Shown: in pieces, positions 1 to 9,564 of the stretch
How positions within the stretch are numbered: the stretch's first letter is position 1
How the letters are laid out: each line of letters begins with the position of its first letter
DNA from: a bacterium
Lineage (GTDB): Bacteria > Omnitrophota > Gorgyraeia > Zapsychrales > Zapsychraceae
NCBI GenBank assembly: GCA_030429765.1
Contig: JAUIER010000010.1
Coordinates: 34,162-98,161 of the forward strand
Reading direction: 5' to 3'
DNA: 64,000 nt
The notes under the pieces: generated by a model
What the model saw: the letters and a program-made list of their open reading frames with translations, nothing else
Told to the model about the DNA's origin: nothing
The model's database searches: none
Made by a program: the position numbers and the translations under genes

Positions 1-2
1 AT

Positions 3-125
3 TGTGATGAATTCATTGCGATCCCGATGCATGGATCCGCTTCTTCCCTGAATGTCACCGTCAGCGCTTCGATTTTCATGTACGAAATGATCCGCCAAAG
101 AAATTTGTTAAATAAGTCTTTCTGA
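3..125 (+). CDS. 3' fragment of SpoU/TrmH-family RNA 2'-O-methyltransferase (gene continues upstream of window)
   Basis: Frame-3 translation ...AIPMHGSASSLNVTVSASIFMYEMIRQ... matches the conserved SpoU/TrmH C-terminal knot motif (SLNVsvAa.I.lYE); TGA stop at 123-125. Confidence 0.5.
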   Translation, partial: CDEFIAIPMHGSASSLNVTVSASIFMYEMIRQRNLLNKSF

Positions 126-183
126 TAGTCCTTTATGGTATAATGCAGAAAATCAAGGCCAATCCATTAAAAGGAGGATTCAG

Positions 184-711
184 TTGAAAAAAGCGTTTAC
201 ATTTTTACTCATTTTGACAGTGAGTACGAGCATCGGGTGTACAGGTTCGTTCAACCTGACAAAGAAAGTATACGACGCGCATCGATCGCAAAGTGACAAG
301 TGGGCCGACGAGCTGTTTTTCTTGGGCTGCGTTATTCTTCCAGTCTACGGAATCGCTACCTGGGCAGATGCCATCATCTTTAACTCAATTGAATTCTGGA
401 CGGGTGACAACCCGGTGGTCTACAATGATGACCAAAAAACGAAATTCGTGAACACCAAAGGCGAGCACGTAATTCTTTCGTATAATGCGGAATCGGATGA
501 AATCACGGTTCAATCCAAGGATGAAAACGGTGAGATTCAGAATATCGTCCTCGAACGTACAGACGGAGCGGTTATGGCGAAGGATGAGCTTGGACAGGTG
601 ATCTACTCATCAGTTACCAAAGCCGACGGCGGAGTCGATATTTACAATGATCAGATGCAAATTGTAAAGAGTTTTTCCGCAAGTGATGTTGATAATCAAC
701 GCGTAAAATAA
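184..711 (+). CDS. small secreted lipoprotein, function unknown
   Basis: TTG start 6 nt after AAAGGAGG; signal peptide plus lipobox (SIGC); no family recognised. Confidence 0.55.
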   Translation: MKKAFTFLLILTVSTSIGCTGSFNLTKKVYDAHRSQSDKWADELFFLGCVILPVYGIATWADAIIFNSIEFWTGDNPVVYNDDQKTKFVNTKGEHVILSYNAESDEITVQSKDENGEIQNIVLERTDGAVMAKDELGQVIYSSVTKADGGVDIYNDQMQIVKSFSASDVDNQRVK

Positions 712-814
712 GCGTTTTTCCCCGGCAGCGGGGCAAGAATGACAAGGGGGCGGGCCGACACAGAGTCGGTCGGTCCCCTTTTCATTTATGGGAATTTGAT
801 CGATATATTCAGTC

Positions 815-1804
815 ATGAAGAAAAAACGGACAAAGAAATCGCGGCGTCGATCAATAGCAGTTCCTGTGATCGTTGCCGTCATCTGCATACTGACGGCGGC
901 CGTCCTGTTACGCAATGTGATCGTCAAGGCAGCGGTGGAACGGATCGGTTCGCACATTCTCGGGGCGCAGGTTGGGATTGAACGGTTTTCGATAGGTTTA
1001 GTCCGCCAGTCGGTCCGGATTCAGGGACTAAAGGTTCACCAGCCACATGGGTTCGGGGATGGAATGTTCCTGAGCGTGCCCGAAATAGAAATTCATGCCG
1101 ATTTCAGATCGTTGTTAAGTGGCCGGATCTATATCCGTCGGGCGAATATTTTCGTCAATGAATCCGTTATCATTCGTGATAAGTCTGGCTCTTTAAATAC
1201 GGATGCGCTTAAGGTGGTCAAGAATGCGTCATCCAATCCGACTCCAGCCACATCGACAAAGTTTCATATCAAAGAGCTTAAGTTGTCCATTAACCGGGTT
1301 GTGTACGAAGATTTTTCCAGAGGATCCAATCCCGTCGTGAAGGTCTATGATGTTGGGATCAAGGGTAAGGTGTTTCGGGATATCGACGGGGTTGGCAAGC
1401 TGGCCACGCTCATCGTTGTTCAGACGATGGGGCCGACGGCGATCAAGGGTGCGGGGATATACGCGGCGGCGACACTCATGGGGGTTAGTTTTTTGCCGGC
1501 CGGCATTATCGGCGCCATAGTCGCCAAGGATGATTCGTCACTCCTTATTCGTAAGGAATTTGATGAGGTCTACAGGATTTGCCTGGATTTTATTCGTCAG
1601 CAAGGACGTCTTAAAAAACAGCATAAAGGCCGGGGCATTATTACTGCCAAAATCAACGCCTATGATGTCAAGTTCGAGATCATTCGCCGGGAGCGTCAAT
1701 CCACGCAAGTTCGCGTATCCGCCCGAAAATTATTAATTCCCCAGCCGTCGATTGCCGGCGGACTGGCTTATCAGTTGAAGAAATTTATTACGGAGGATGA
1801 CTAG
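815..1804 (+). CDS. AsmA-like / DUF748-like membrane-anchored protein (outer-membrane biogenesis family)
   Basis: Lys/Arg-rich N-terminus, single TM anchor, then a region resembling the AsmA/TamB N-terminal domain; family assignment by resemblance only. Confidence 0.4.
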   Translation: MKKKRTKKSRRRSIAVPVIVAVICILTAAVLLRNVIVKAAVERIGSHILGAQVGIERFSIGLVRQSVRIQGLKVHQPHGFGDGMFLSVPEIEIHADFRSLLSGRIYIRRANIFVNESVIIRDKSGSLNTDALKVVKNASSNPTPATSTKFHIKELKLSINRVVYEDFSRGSNPVVKVYDVGIKGKVFRDIDGVGKLATLIVVQTMGPTAIKGAGIYAAATLMGVSFLPAGIIGAIVAKDDSSLLIRKEFDEVYRICLDFIRQQGRLKKQHKGRGIITAKINAYDVKFEIIRRERQSTQVRVSARKLLIPQPSIAGGLAYQLKKFITEDD

Positions 1805-2159
1805 CATGCCCGAGAATGTGATCTACCATAATCCCCGCTGTTCGAAAAGCCGTGCAGCGATGGCGATTCTATCCGATCATCAAGCTGACGTGAAAGTAGT
1901 TGAATACCAACAAGATCCGCCTTCCGTGGCAGACCTGAAAGATATTTGCCGAAAATTGAAACTCGGGCCCGTGGATATTATTCGCACGCGGGATGTGAAA
2001 TTCAGGGCTTTGCATGTTGATGATTTGGCCTCGATGTCGGATGACGATATCTATCAGTTGATCGTTGATCATCCCGAAATATTGCAGCGGCCGATCGTCT
2101 GTTATCACGGCAAGGCCGTGATCGCACGTCCGGCGGAGCAAGTTCTGACGATTATTTAA
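1797..2159 (+). CDS. ArsC/Spx-family thioredoxin-fold protein (YffB-like)
   Basis: N-terminal YHNPRCSKSR CxxS motif and length (~118 aa) typical of ArsC/Spx/YffB family; start overlaps upstream gene stop. Confidence 0.6.
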   Translation: MTSMPENVIYHNPRCSKSRAAMAILSDHQADVKVVEYQQDPPSVADLKDICRKLKLGPVDIIRTRDVKFRALHVDDLASMSDDDIYQLIVDHPEILQRPIVCYHGKAVIARPAEQVLTII

Positions 2160-2321
2160 GTCGATCCGAAAACAACGAAAACATGCTGTAATGTATCTTT
2201 TGCACGAAAAACACGTATAATTCGTTTGATTTCGCGGGGAATTTTCTTAGAATAGGAGATGAAGTTCCCACACCGCCAATCATAGATTTTCGTTTGCAAT
2301 TCAGACCAAAAGGAGATATTC

Positions 2322-3089
2322 ATGAATTTTAAAAGAAGTATTTTAGGTGCGATAGTGTGTGCGTGGATCGCGATTTGTGCGATCGGGCATATGCAACCAA
2401 CCATGGCCCTGGCTCAGGGTGATCAGAAGGTGATGTCGTACGTTGACTCGATCGAAGAGTCCAAGGCCGGGATGACATTATGGGAAACCATTCAGTCCGG
2501 CGGGGTCGTCATGATTGTATTGGGTGTGCTGTCGGTCGTGGCTATGTCGATTGTTGTCTACCTATTCTTCAGTCTCAATGTCAAACGGATTGCGCCGCGG
2601 GATTTTGCCGAGCTTGTCATCGAGCAATTGGATAACGGAAAGTTTGCCGAACTCGGGGAGACATGCAAGGGCAAGACGAATACGATTGCCAATATCATCA
2701 ACGCGGGATTAGAGAAGCAGCGTCGGGGAAAATTGTTCGCGAAAGAAGCGATGGAGAATCAGGTCCGGCAGGAAATCGGCGGACTATGGCAGAATATCAG
2801 CTATCTGGCGGATATCGCCGCTGTCGCGCCGTTGATCGGTCTTTTAGGTACCGTCGTCGGGATGATCCAGGCGTTTAATGTGATCGCGTTTCAATCTGCG
2901 GTGGTCAAGCCGATTCTGCTGGCCGGAGGGGTTTCCAAAGCGATGGTCACGACCGCGGCTGGTTTGGTGGTCGCCATTCCGGTGATGCTGTTTTACACGT
3001 ACTTCCGAGGGAAGGTTCAGGGTATTTCCAATCGCATCGAAACCTACGGGACAGACATTATCAAAATCTTTGAAGAGTCAGGAGACTAA
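2322..3089 (+). CDS. MotA/TolQ/ExbB-family proton channel protein
   Basis: RBS AAAGGAG; three C-terminal TM helices with conserved TolQ/ExbB core (GLLGTVVGMIQAF, AMVTTAAGLVVAIP); N-terminal signal/periplasmic extension. Confidence 0.85.
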   Translation: MNFKRSILGAIVCAWIAICAIGHMQPTMALAQGDQKVMSYVDSIEESKAGMTLWETIQSGGVVMIVLGVLSVVAMSIVVYLFFSLNVKRIAPRDFAELVIEQLDNGKFAELGETCKGKTNTIANIINAGLEKQRRGKLFAKEAMENQVRQEIGGLWQNISYLADIAAVAPLIGLLGTVVGMIQAFNVIAFQSAVVKPILLAGGVSKAMVTTAAGLVVAIPVMLFYTYFRGKVQGISNRIETYGTDIIKIFEESGD

Positions 3090-3091
3090 TC

Positions 3092-3523
3092 ATGTCGAGG
3101 TTTGAAGTCAACGAATATCAGAAACAACGGCCGGTTGTTCAGATGGCTCCGCTGATCGATATCGTATTCCTGACGCTGGTATTTTTTATGACACTCTCGA
3201 TCTTTAATCAGCAGGAAACAGAGATTGATATCAGTGTTCCGCAGGCTCAAGAGGCCAAACAGGCGATGCGCAGCCCCGGGGAAATTATCATTAATATCGA
3301 TAAAGAAGGTTCCTTCGTCGTGAATCAGAACGAGCTGACGCAAGAAGGGCTCGAGCGAATGTTGATGAAGGTGTCCGGATTGTTTCCCGATCAATCGATC
3401 ATTATCCGTGCCGATGAAAACGCCCTGCATAAATACATCGTCAACGCCTTAGATGCCTGCGCCAAGGCCAACATCTGGAACATTTCCTTTGCCACGCAAA
3501 AAAAGAAAAATGAATCACCGTAA
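3092..3523 (+). CDS. ExbD/TolR-family biopolymer transport protein
   Basis: Single TM with conserved Asp (APLIDIVFLTLVFF) and periplasmic domain typical of ExbD/TolR; immediately downstream of the ExbB-like gene. Confidence 0.85.
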   Translation: MSRFEVNEYQKQRPVVQMAPLIDIVFLTLVFFMTLSIFNQQETEIDISVPQAQEAKQAMRSPGEIIINIDKEGSFVVNQNELTQEGLERMLMKVSGLFPDQSIIIRADENALHKYIVNALDACAKANIWNISFATQKKKNESP

Positions 3524-5870
3524 TCACTATCAACCTACTTTCATAGGAATATCAGCGCTAGTCGCCGCGGGTCTGATGCCGACCGTTGTGCATGCGCAGA
3601 GTGTTGATCCTCATTTCGAGAAGATCGACTTCGCGCACGGCCTATTTCAGCGGGGATTATACGAAATGGCGGCGGGCGAGTATCAGCAATTTATCGATAA
3701 GTTCGCCGACAGTGATTTGATTCATGAAGCGTATTTTGGGTTGGCTGAAAGTTATTTCTTCGAGGAGCAATTTCAGCAGGCCGCGGATGTTTTCCGGACG
3801 TATGTCACGCAATTCCCCAACCGCGACAAGATAAACCTGGCCAAAATCAGATTGGGTCAAAGCCTGCAGCAATTACAGAAGTTTGACGAGGCGCTGGCGG
3901 CCGCCAATGAAATTCCCGACGACGGATTGGATCAGCAGTGGATCCAGAACAAGTACCTGCTGCTCGCGCAGATCTACAAGACTCAGGGCAATCATGACCA
4001 GGCGATCGCGAACTACCAAAAGGTCGAGGAAATCGCCAAAGACAGTCCGACGGCCATCGAAACGTATATTAAGCTAGGAGAAAGTCACAAGGAAAAAGCA
4101 GATTACCCGACGGCCATCGCTTATTTTCAAAAGGCGATTGATTTTACCAAGGACGATAAGGTCAAAAGCCTGGCGCTGTACAAGCAGGCGGAGATTGTGT
4201 TTTTGATGGAGGAATATCATGACAGTGCTGACCTGTTCGCTCAGGTCGTTGATCTGCAGGCTGATCCGTCGATGGTGGAGGACGCGATCAGTAATCTACT
4301 GTTAGCGCTCTTTAATGTGCCGGCGTACAACGCGGTCATTTCGCGTTATGAGCACTACAAGTCGCAGCTTACCCCACAGGGCCGTCAGTTTGATGCCGAT
4401 TTCGTATTGGCCCGATCGTACAAGCTCGAAGGCCAGTTTGACGCCGCGCTGGAAGCAGCCGACCGCGCGCTGGCCATTCCGGATATCTCGGCGGCCAATC
4501 GCAACAAGGCGGTGGATACCAAGGTTGAAGTGCTTTTCTTATCCAAGCGGTACGAATCGGTCATCCAGTTGATCGACAGCCAGTGGACGGATCAGACCGA
4601 ATACCGCGCCAAGGCATTGTTCTTTAAGGCGGAATCGCATTACAGTCTGGGCCGGTTCGAGGAAGCGCACAATTACTACGAAACGCTGCTGGCGGAGTAT
4701 CCGGAGACCGAGTTTAAGGAGGAGGCGACATACGGGCTGGCGCATGCCAAGAATGCGCTGGGTAAAGAGACTGAAGCCGCTGATCTGTTTAAACAATATT
4801 TTGCCTCGGCCGACGATGATGAGAAGAAAAAAGAGGCGCTGTACAATCAGATCCTGCTGCACAGCAAACTAAATAAAGTCGAACAGGGAATCGCTGACGC
4901 CGAACAGTACCTAAACAATTACGCCGAAGATTCCAAGCGCGGAATCGTCATGTTCCTGCTGGGAAATCTTTATTCAAAACAAAATCGTTATGATGACGCG
5001 ATCCGGATGTTTCAGCAGATCGTCGATCATGACCCGACGAATCCCAAACGTCAGGACAGCACATTTCTCCTGGCGTATAACCTGCAGTTGAAAGGTGATA
5101 TCCCCAAGGCGTTGGAATATTACGCGTTGGTTCCGCAGAATCCCGAAGATCCGACGCTGTACTACTCGGCGCGGAAGAATATGGCATTGATTCATCTGGA
5201 ACAGGAAAACTTTCCCAAGGCCGTCTTGATCCTCAAAGAGATTATCACCAGCTATGAAGAGAATGATCTGACCATTGACATGTATCTGTGGCTGGCCGAA
5301 AAAACACTCGAGGCCAAATCCTACGATGCCGTCATCTCGGTCTTGAACAAGGCGGAGGGCAAACAAAAAACCGATGATGACCGTCAGGCGGTGGCGTTCT
5401 TCAAGGCCACGGCCCATCAAAAGCAGTCCGAATGTGATCAGGCCATTCCGCTGTATGACACCGTGATCGGTATTCAGAATGACAGCTTGTTTATCGGTCA
5501 GAGCCTGATCGGCAAGTCGCAATGTTTGATTGAGCAAAAAGATTACGCGGCCGCCAAGCAGGTGCTGGATCAAGTGCTGCTGGATTTCGGAGATGACGAT
5601 AAGATCTCATTGCTCGCGCGGTTTGAAATGGGACATTTGCTGGAGCTCAAAGGCAAACCGGAAGACGCGGCGAAGTTTTATATGCTCGTCGCTGTTTTGT
5701 ACAACGACACCTATTATTGTCCGGAAGCCCTGTTCCGGGCCGGACAGATTTTTGAACAGACCAAAAATATCAAGAATGCCAGAAACGTGTATCAGGAGAT
5801 TATTCAGTTATACATGAACAGTCATCGATTTTCTGAGGCACAGAAAAGACTGGCAGCCATTGCCCCATGA
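3510..5870 (+). CDS. large periplasmic tetratricopeptide-repeat (TPR) protein
   Basis: Signal peptide (…VVHAQ) followed by ~780 aa of recurrent TPR-like 34-aa repeats (A..Y..A. patterns throughout); start overlaps exbD-like 3' end. Confidence 0.7.
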   Translation: MNHRNHYQPTFIGISALVAAGLMPTVVHAQSVDPHFEKIDFAHGLFQRGLYEMAAGEYQQFIDKFADSDLIHEAYFGLAESYFFEEQFQQAADVFRTYVTQFPNRDKINLAKIRLGQSLQQLQKFDEALAAANEIPDDGLDQQWIQNKYLLLAQIYKTQGNHDQAIANYQKVEEIAKDSPTAIETYIKLGESHKEKADYPTAIAYFQKAIDFTKDDKVKSLALYKQAEIVFLMEEYHDSADLFAQVVDLQADPSMVEDAISNLLLALFNVPAYNAVISRYEHYKSQLTPQGRQFDADFVLARSYKLEGQFDAALEAADRALAIPDISAANRNKAVDTKVEVLFLSKRYESVIQLIDSQWTDQTEYRAKALFFKAESHYSLGRFEEAHNYYETLLAEYPETEFKEEATYGLAHAKNALGKETEAADLFKQYFASADDDEKKKEALYNQILLHSKLNKVEQGIADAEQYLNNYAEDSKRGIVMFLLGNLYSKQNRYDDAIRMFQQIVDHDPTNPKRQDSTFLLAYNLQLKGDIPKALEYYALVPQNPEDPTLYYSARKNMALIHLEQENFPKAVLILKEIITSYEENDLTIDMYLWLAEKTLEAKSYDAVISVLNKAEGKQKTDDDRQAVAFFKATAHQKQSECDQAIPLYDTVIGIQNDSLFIGQSLIGKSQCLIEQKDYAAAKQVLDQVLLDFGDDDKISLLARFEMGHLLELKGKPEDAAKFYMLVAVLYNDTYYCPEALFRAGQIFEQTKNIKNARNVYQEIIQLYMNSHRFSEAQKRLAAIAP

Positions 5871-7519
5871 AACGAAAAAGTAAAATCCTGACATCATTGG
5901 GAGTTTCGTTGCTTCTGCACGGCTTGTTGTTCGTCGGAACAACGAAGATCATGTTTACGACACCGTCGGATGAGGCTGACGAGCCTCAGCGTAATTTCCG
6001 CATTAAGAAACTCCATGCGTCGCTTCCGGAACGCAAGGCGTATCAGGCGCGGCAAATGGATTATGTCGAGAAGATCCAGTTTGAACAGCCGGCCGAATGG
6101 CAATTGGCGAAGAAGAGCTACGACAAGTTTGAGACATCCAAGGATGAGGCCAAGATTCAGTCGTATGATGAGAAGATTGATCAGCTGGTCGACGCCCGGG
6201 TCAAAGATGTTGAGCTCAAGAAGGAAGAGGTTTTTCGGGATCTGTCGAAGCTTAAGAAAGACCCGGTTTCCAATCAGCCCAAGCGTTTTATCGAACTTAG
6301 TAAAGTCACCGAGGAAAACACGGCCATTGCGCCCGAACGTGTGATTCAGGATCAGATCGAAGCTGAAGACTTTTATGAAAAGATGCCGGGTTTTACGCCG
6401 AAGTGGAATCCGATGGTGAAGGAGATCAAGACTGCCGACACCGTCCCAGAAAAGCCGCGCGAATACAAACCGTTGATCTCCAAGAAAAGCAAGTTTACTG
6501 ATCTCAAGGAATACATCATCAGTGAGATCCTGACGTACGAAGACCCCGAGACACGTGAAAAATATTTTCAGATCAACATGAAGGTGGGTAAGGATAATCA
6601 GGAGCTCAAGACGATTCCCAAGGAAATTGTCTTCCTGATCGATTGTTCAAAGAGTACGACGGAAAAACGATTCCGTGAGTTTAAGGAAGGTCTTGAATAC
6701 AGCCTGCAGAATCTCAACCCCGATGACGCGTTCAATATTCTGGCCTTTAAAAAGTTTATCATCGATTTTTCACCTGAATCAGTTTCCCCGACGCCGGAAA
6801 ATATTCAGAACGCCCTTAAATTTGTCGACCGTTTGTCACTGGGAACACGGACGGACGCGTATAATGCGTTACTTAAAAGCATCTCCCGGCCGATGGTCCG
6901 CAATCCATCGTATATCATATTCCTGAGTGACGGGTATCCGACGCAGGGGATTACGGAACCGAGTCAGATCATCCATGAAGTTTCCGATACGAACGCATCA
7001 CGGCGTTCAATATTCGGATTCAGCGGGGGGACCAACGTGAACCGTTATCTGCTGGATTTCATCACATACAAGAACCGCGGATGGAGTGAGTATTCGTACC
7101 GGTCGCATCAGATCGGCCGTTATCTGTCGGCGCTGTATGATAAAATCCGTGATCCGCTGCTGGTCAATGTCCGTTACCATGCCAGCGGGCTGGACGAAGA
7201 ACAGATCTATCCCAAACTGCTGCCCGATTTTTTCCGGAATGTGGAATTTTCCCTGTTCGGCCGATATGATGATGAGGATGAATTTGTGCTTCAGCTTGTC
7301 GGGGATGTCAAAGGCAAGGTGACGGAGTATCTGGTGGAGGCCGATCTGAACAACGCGCCGTCCGGCGATGAGAGTATTGCCAAGAATTGGGCCTTCAACA
7401 AGATCTATGAATTGATTGGCCAGTTGCGGGAAAGTCAGGATAATACCGCGTTGCTGGATGAGATTGAAGCGCTGTCCCGCCGTTATAAAATCAAGACGCC
7501 CTACCTGAACCGCCGTTAA
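5867..7519 (+). CDS. membrane-anchored von Willebrand factor A (vWA) domain protein with TonB/TolA-like anchor and charged linker
   Basis: ATGA overlap with TPR gene; N-terminal TM helix with SxxxH motif (SLLLHGLLF) as in TonB/TolA anchors; ~220 aa K/E-rich linker; vWA with MIDAS DxSxS (DCSKS). Confidence 0.65.
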   Translation: MKRKSKILTSLGVSLLLHGLLFVGTTKIMFTTPSDEADEPQRNFRIKKLHASLPERKAYQARQMDYVEKIQFEQPAEWQLAKKSYDKFETSKDEAKIQSYDEKIDQLVDARVKDVELKKEEVFRDLSKLKKDPVSNQPKRFIELSKVTEENTAIAPERVIQDQIEAEDFYEKMPGFTPKWNPMVKEIKTADTVPEKPREYKPLISKKSKFTDLKEYIISEILTYEDPETREKYFQINMKVGKDNQELKTIPKEIVFLIDCSKSTTEKRFREFKEGLEYSLQNLNPDDAFNILAFKKFIIDFSPESVSPTPENIQNALKFVDRLSLGTRTDAYNALLKSISRPMVRNPSYIIFLSDGYPTQGITEPSQIIHEVSDTNASRRSIFGFSGGTNVNRYLLDFITYKNRGWSEYSYRSHQIGRYLSALYDKIRDPLLVNVRYHASGLDEEQIYPKLLPDFFRNVEFSLFGRYDDEDEFVLQLVGDVKGKVTEYLVEADLNNAPSGDESIAKNWAFNKIYELIGQLRESQDNTALLDEIEALSRRYKIKTPYLNRR

Positions 7520-7520
7520 T

Positions 7521-8639
7521 CTACGGCATTTGTTTCTTCATTTGATTGTCTATAATCCATAAAAAATCCCGTCGCTGGGCAATAGCCTCAGCGATCTTAC
7601 GATTGGCCGGCGCGGTGAAATGCGGACTGGCGTCATAGAAATATTTTTTGTCGTCGGCCTTGAAAAAGGCGGCGATGGTATTAATGAAAGGAATTTGATT
7701 ACGCGCCGCGTATTGTCCGACAATTGAATAGGCAAAATAGTCCGTATACTTTTTGCCGATCTCAAAATCCCATTCCCGGCGGCCTTCCCGCCACTGCTTG
7801 TCGTCAATATGAATGCCGTAGGGGTACATGACGATGATCAGCGGGACATCATTTTCTTGGAGCAGGGAATGAATCTTGTCCAAATACTTTTCGGTGCGTT
7901 TGAAGCGCTGTTGAATCAACTCGCGCTTGTCACGCCCGCGCAGCATCAAGTAAGGATCCGTCTCGGTGAAACTAACTTGCGGCTCTTCGATGTAGTTCTG
8001 ATGGATCCAGCGGATCAGGGCGCTGTATTTTTTCCCCCATAACAACCAATTGAAGCGTCCATCCTGATAGGTCGGATCAAAGCGCACGATGTTTCCATCC
8101 CGGACAACGGCCTGGGATTCTTTGCGCCAATCATCCTGTATGTCCGTTAGATCGACGGCGAGAATTATCAAATCAGGTTGATACTGAAGGTGAATGTCGC
8201 GGATATTGACGTAATGGTCGATCGGTGAGCTGTCATGCACGCCGGCATTGACCACTTCCGCCCGGATATTCTGCTCCTGCAGGACTTGCTGGAGATAGGC
8301 CGGAATGGTTTGAGAATCCTGTGCGCCGACACCGAAAATTCGTGAATCGCCTACCACAAAGATCCTGAGCGAATCCGTGGGTTTGCTAAAGAGAAAATTC
8401 CGTCCGCGAAATCCAAAGGTATTGATGTTGGCCTCATACGGCACGCCATCGATCGTCTCGCTTAAACGGGTTTGCGGCGAGTAAAGAACAGTCCCACTAT
8501 TCTGACGTAGCCCGGATGCCGCCGGCTTGGCCGGCTGGGTGCTCCGGAGTATCAGCTCCGTTACAAAAAGCAGCAGCATCAGGATCAGGACAAATCCGAT
8601 CATGCGCAGGCCGAGTTGTTGGAATTTATCTTTTATCAT
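7521..8639 (-). CDS. SGNH/GDSL-family hydrolase with N-terminal signal anchor
   Basis: VVGDSRIFGVGAQDSQ GDS(L) block; start chosen at MIKDKFQQLGLRMIGFVLIL (TM anchor); ORF extends to 8747 if upstream ATG used. Confidence 0.6.
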   Translation of the reverse strand: MIKDKFQQLGLRMIGFVLILMLLLFVTELILRSTQPAKPAASGLRQNSGTVLYSPQTRLSETIDGVPYEANINTFGFRGRNFLFSKPTDSLRIFVVGDSRIFGVGAQDSQTIPAYLQQVLQEQNIRAEVVNAGVHDSSPIDHYVNIRDIHLQYQPDLIILAVDLTDIQDDWRKESQAVVRDGNIVRFDPTYQDGRFNWLLWGKKYSALIRWIHQNYIEEPQVSFTETDPYLMLRGRDKRELIQQRFKRTEKYLDKIHSLLQENDVPLIIVMYPYGIHIDDKQWREGRREWDFEIGKKYTDYFAYSIVGQYAARNQIPFINTIAAFFKADDKKYFYDASPHFTAPANRKIAEAIAQRRDFLWIIDNQMKKQMP

Positions 8640-8771
8640 ATTTTCCCGTCGTTTTAGGGCATTATAGACAGCCGCATTCCTCCAGGCAAGGATTATCAAT
8701 TGATCGGTTGGAACCAATCGATTTTGAAATTTATGATTGATTTTCACAGGTTGACTGATACGATACCTGCA

Positions 8772-9272
8772 ATGAACAAATCTTCACTTATTAAATTAGG
8801 GCTTCTGCTGGTCCTGTGTGCGGGATTGAGCGGATGTGAACAGATCCTGACCGAGATCCTGTCTGAGCCGACACCGGCGACGCAGACACGTACGCCCACC
8901 GTTCAGCAGGGCAGCGCGCACTCCGGGCAGGTTTCAGCCGGCATTCGGCGGATCAAGGAGGCCTATGCCGACAGGGATTCGGATTTTTTTGTCGAGGCCA
9001 GGGCACAGGTTGTCAAGGTTCTCCGGGATGACACCGAGGGAGATCAGCATCAGCGGTTTATCGTGGAAGTCGCGCCATCACACACCTTATTGGTCAGCCA
9101 TAATATTGATCTGGCCCCCCGCGTGGCCGGTTTGCAGGCCGGAGATTGGGTGTCGTTTCGCGGTGAGTACGTCTGGAACAACAAAGGCGGTATAATCCAC
9201 TGGACCCATCATGATCCCCGCGGTCGGCATGAGGGCGGCTGGATTGAGCACGACGGAAATGTCTATAAATAA
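8772..9272 (+). CDS. DUF3465-like lipoprotein
   Basis: Lipobox LSGC; C-terminal region (HNIDLAPRVAGLQAGDWVSFRGEYVWNNKGGIIHWTHHDP) resembles DUF3465 family. Confidence 0.5.
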   Translation: MNKSSLIKLGLLLVLCAGLSGCEQILTEILSEPTPATQTRTPTVQQGSAHSGQVSAGIRRIKEAYADRDSDFFVEARAQVVKVLRDDTEGDQHQRFIVEVAPSHTLLVSHNIDLAPRVAGLQAGDWVSFRGEYVWNNKGGIIHWTHHDPRGRHEGGWIEHDGNVYK

Positions 9273-9304
9273 CCCGTCTGGGGACTGTCGCTCAAACAAA
9301 AATC

Positions 9305-9333
9305 TTGTCAGTGCCAATCAATTACGGTAGAAT
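9305..9333 (+). promoter_or_regulatory. sigma70-type promoter (TTGTCA-17-TAGAAT)
   Basis: Near-consensus -35 at 9305-9310 and -10 at 9328-9333 with 17-nt spacer, ~230 nt upstream of the TM_helix-repeat gene. Confidence 0.5.
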
Positions 9334-9564
9334 ATACCCAATTTAACCGCATCGTACTCGTATGGCTGTATTTACGCATCCTTTTTGTGATCACAAACAC
9401 AAAACTTCACACCGATCAATGTGGCGATTGACACAAATCCATTTCAAACACAAACTTCAACAACTGCTCCGGCCCACGGATACGCCGGATTTCCATAGAC
9501 TGTAAATTAAACAGGCAGCGGGACATTGCTGTGTCACTTAAGAGCAGTATGAAAGGAGAAATAC

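Noticed and set aside
3883-4077. Short Arg-rich + strand ORFs in alternate frames of the TPR and vWA genes (for example 3883-4077, 4315-4572, 5970-6344)
   Set aside because: These are frame-shifted shadows of the real genes. Their composition (R/S/T-rich) is characteristic of off-frame translation.
4974-5573. 199-aa minus-strand ORF inside the TPR gene. Similar antisense ORFs occur at 25048-25578, 32176-32772, 36206-36775, 40391-41047 and 46312-46950.
   Set aside because: All lie entirely within well-supported + strand genes. They have no RBS and no domain signatures, and are typical antisense artefacts of moderately GC-rich coding sequence.
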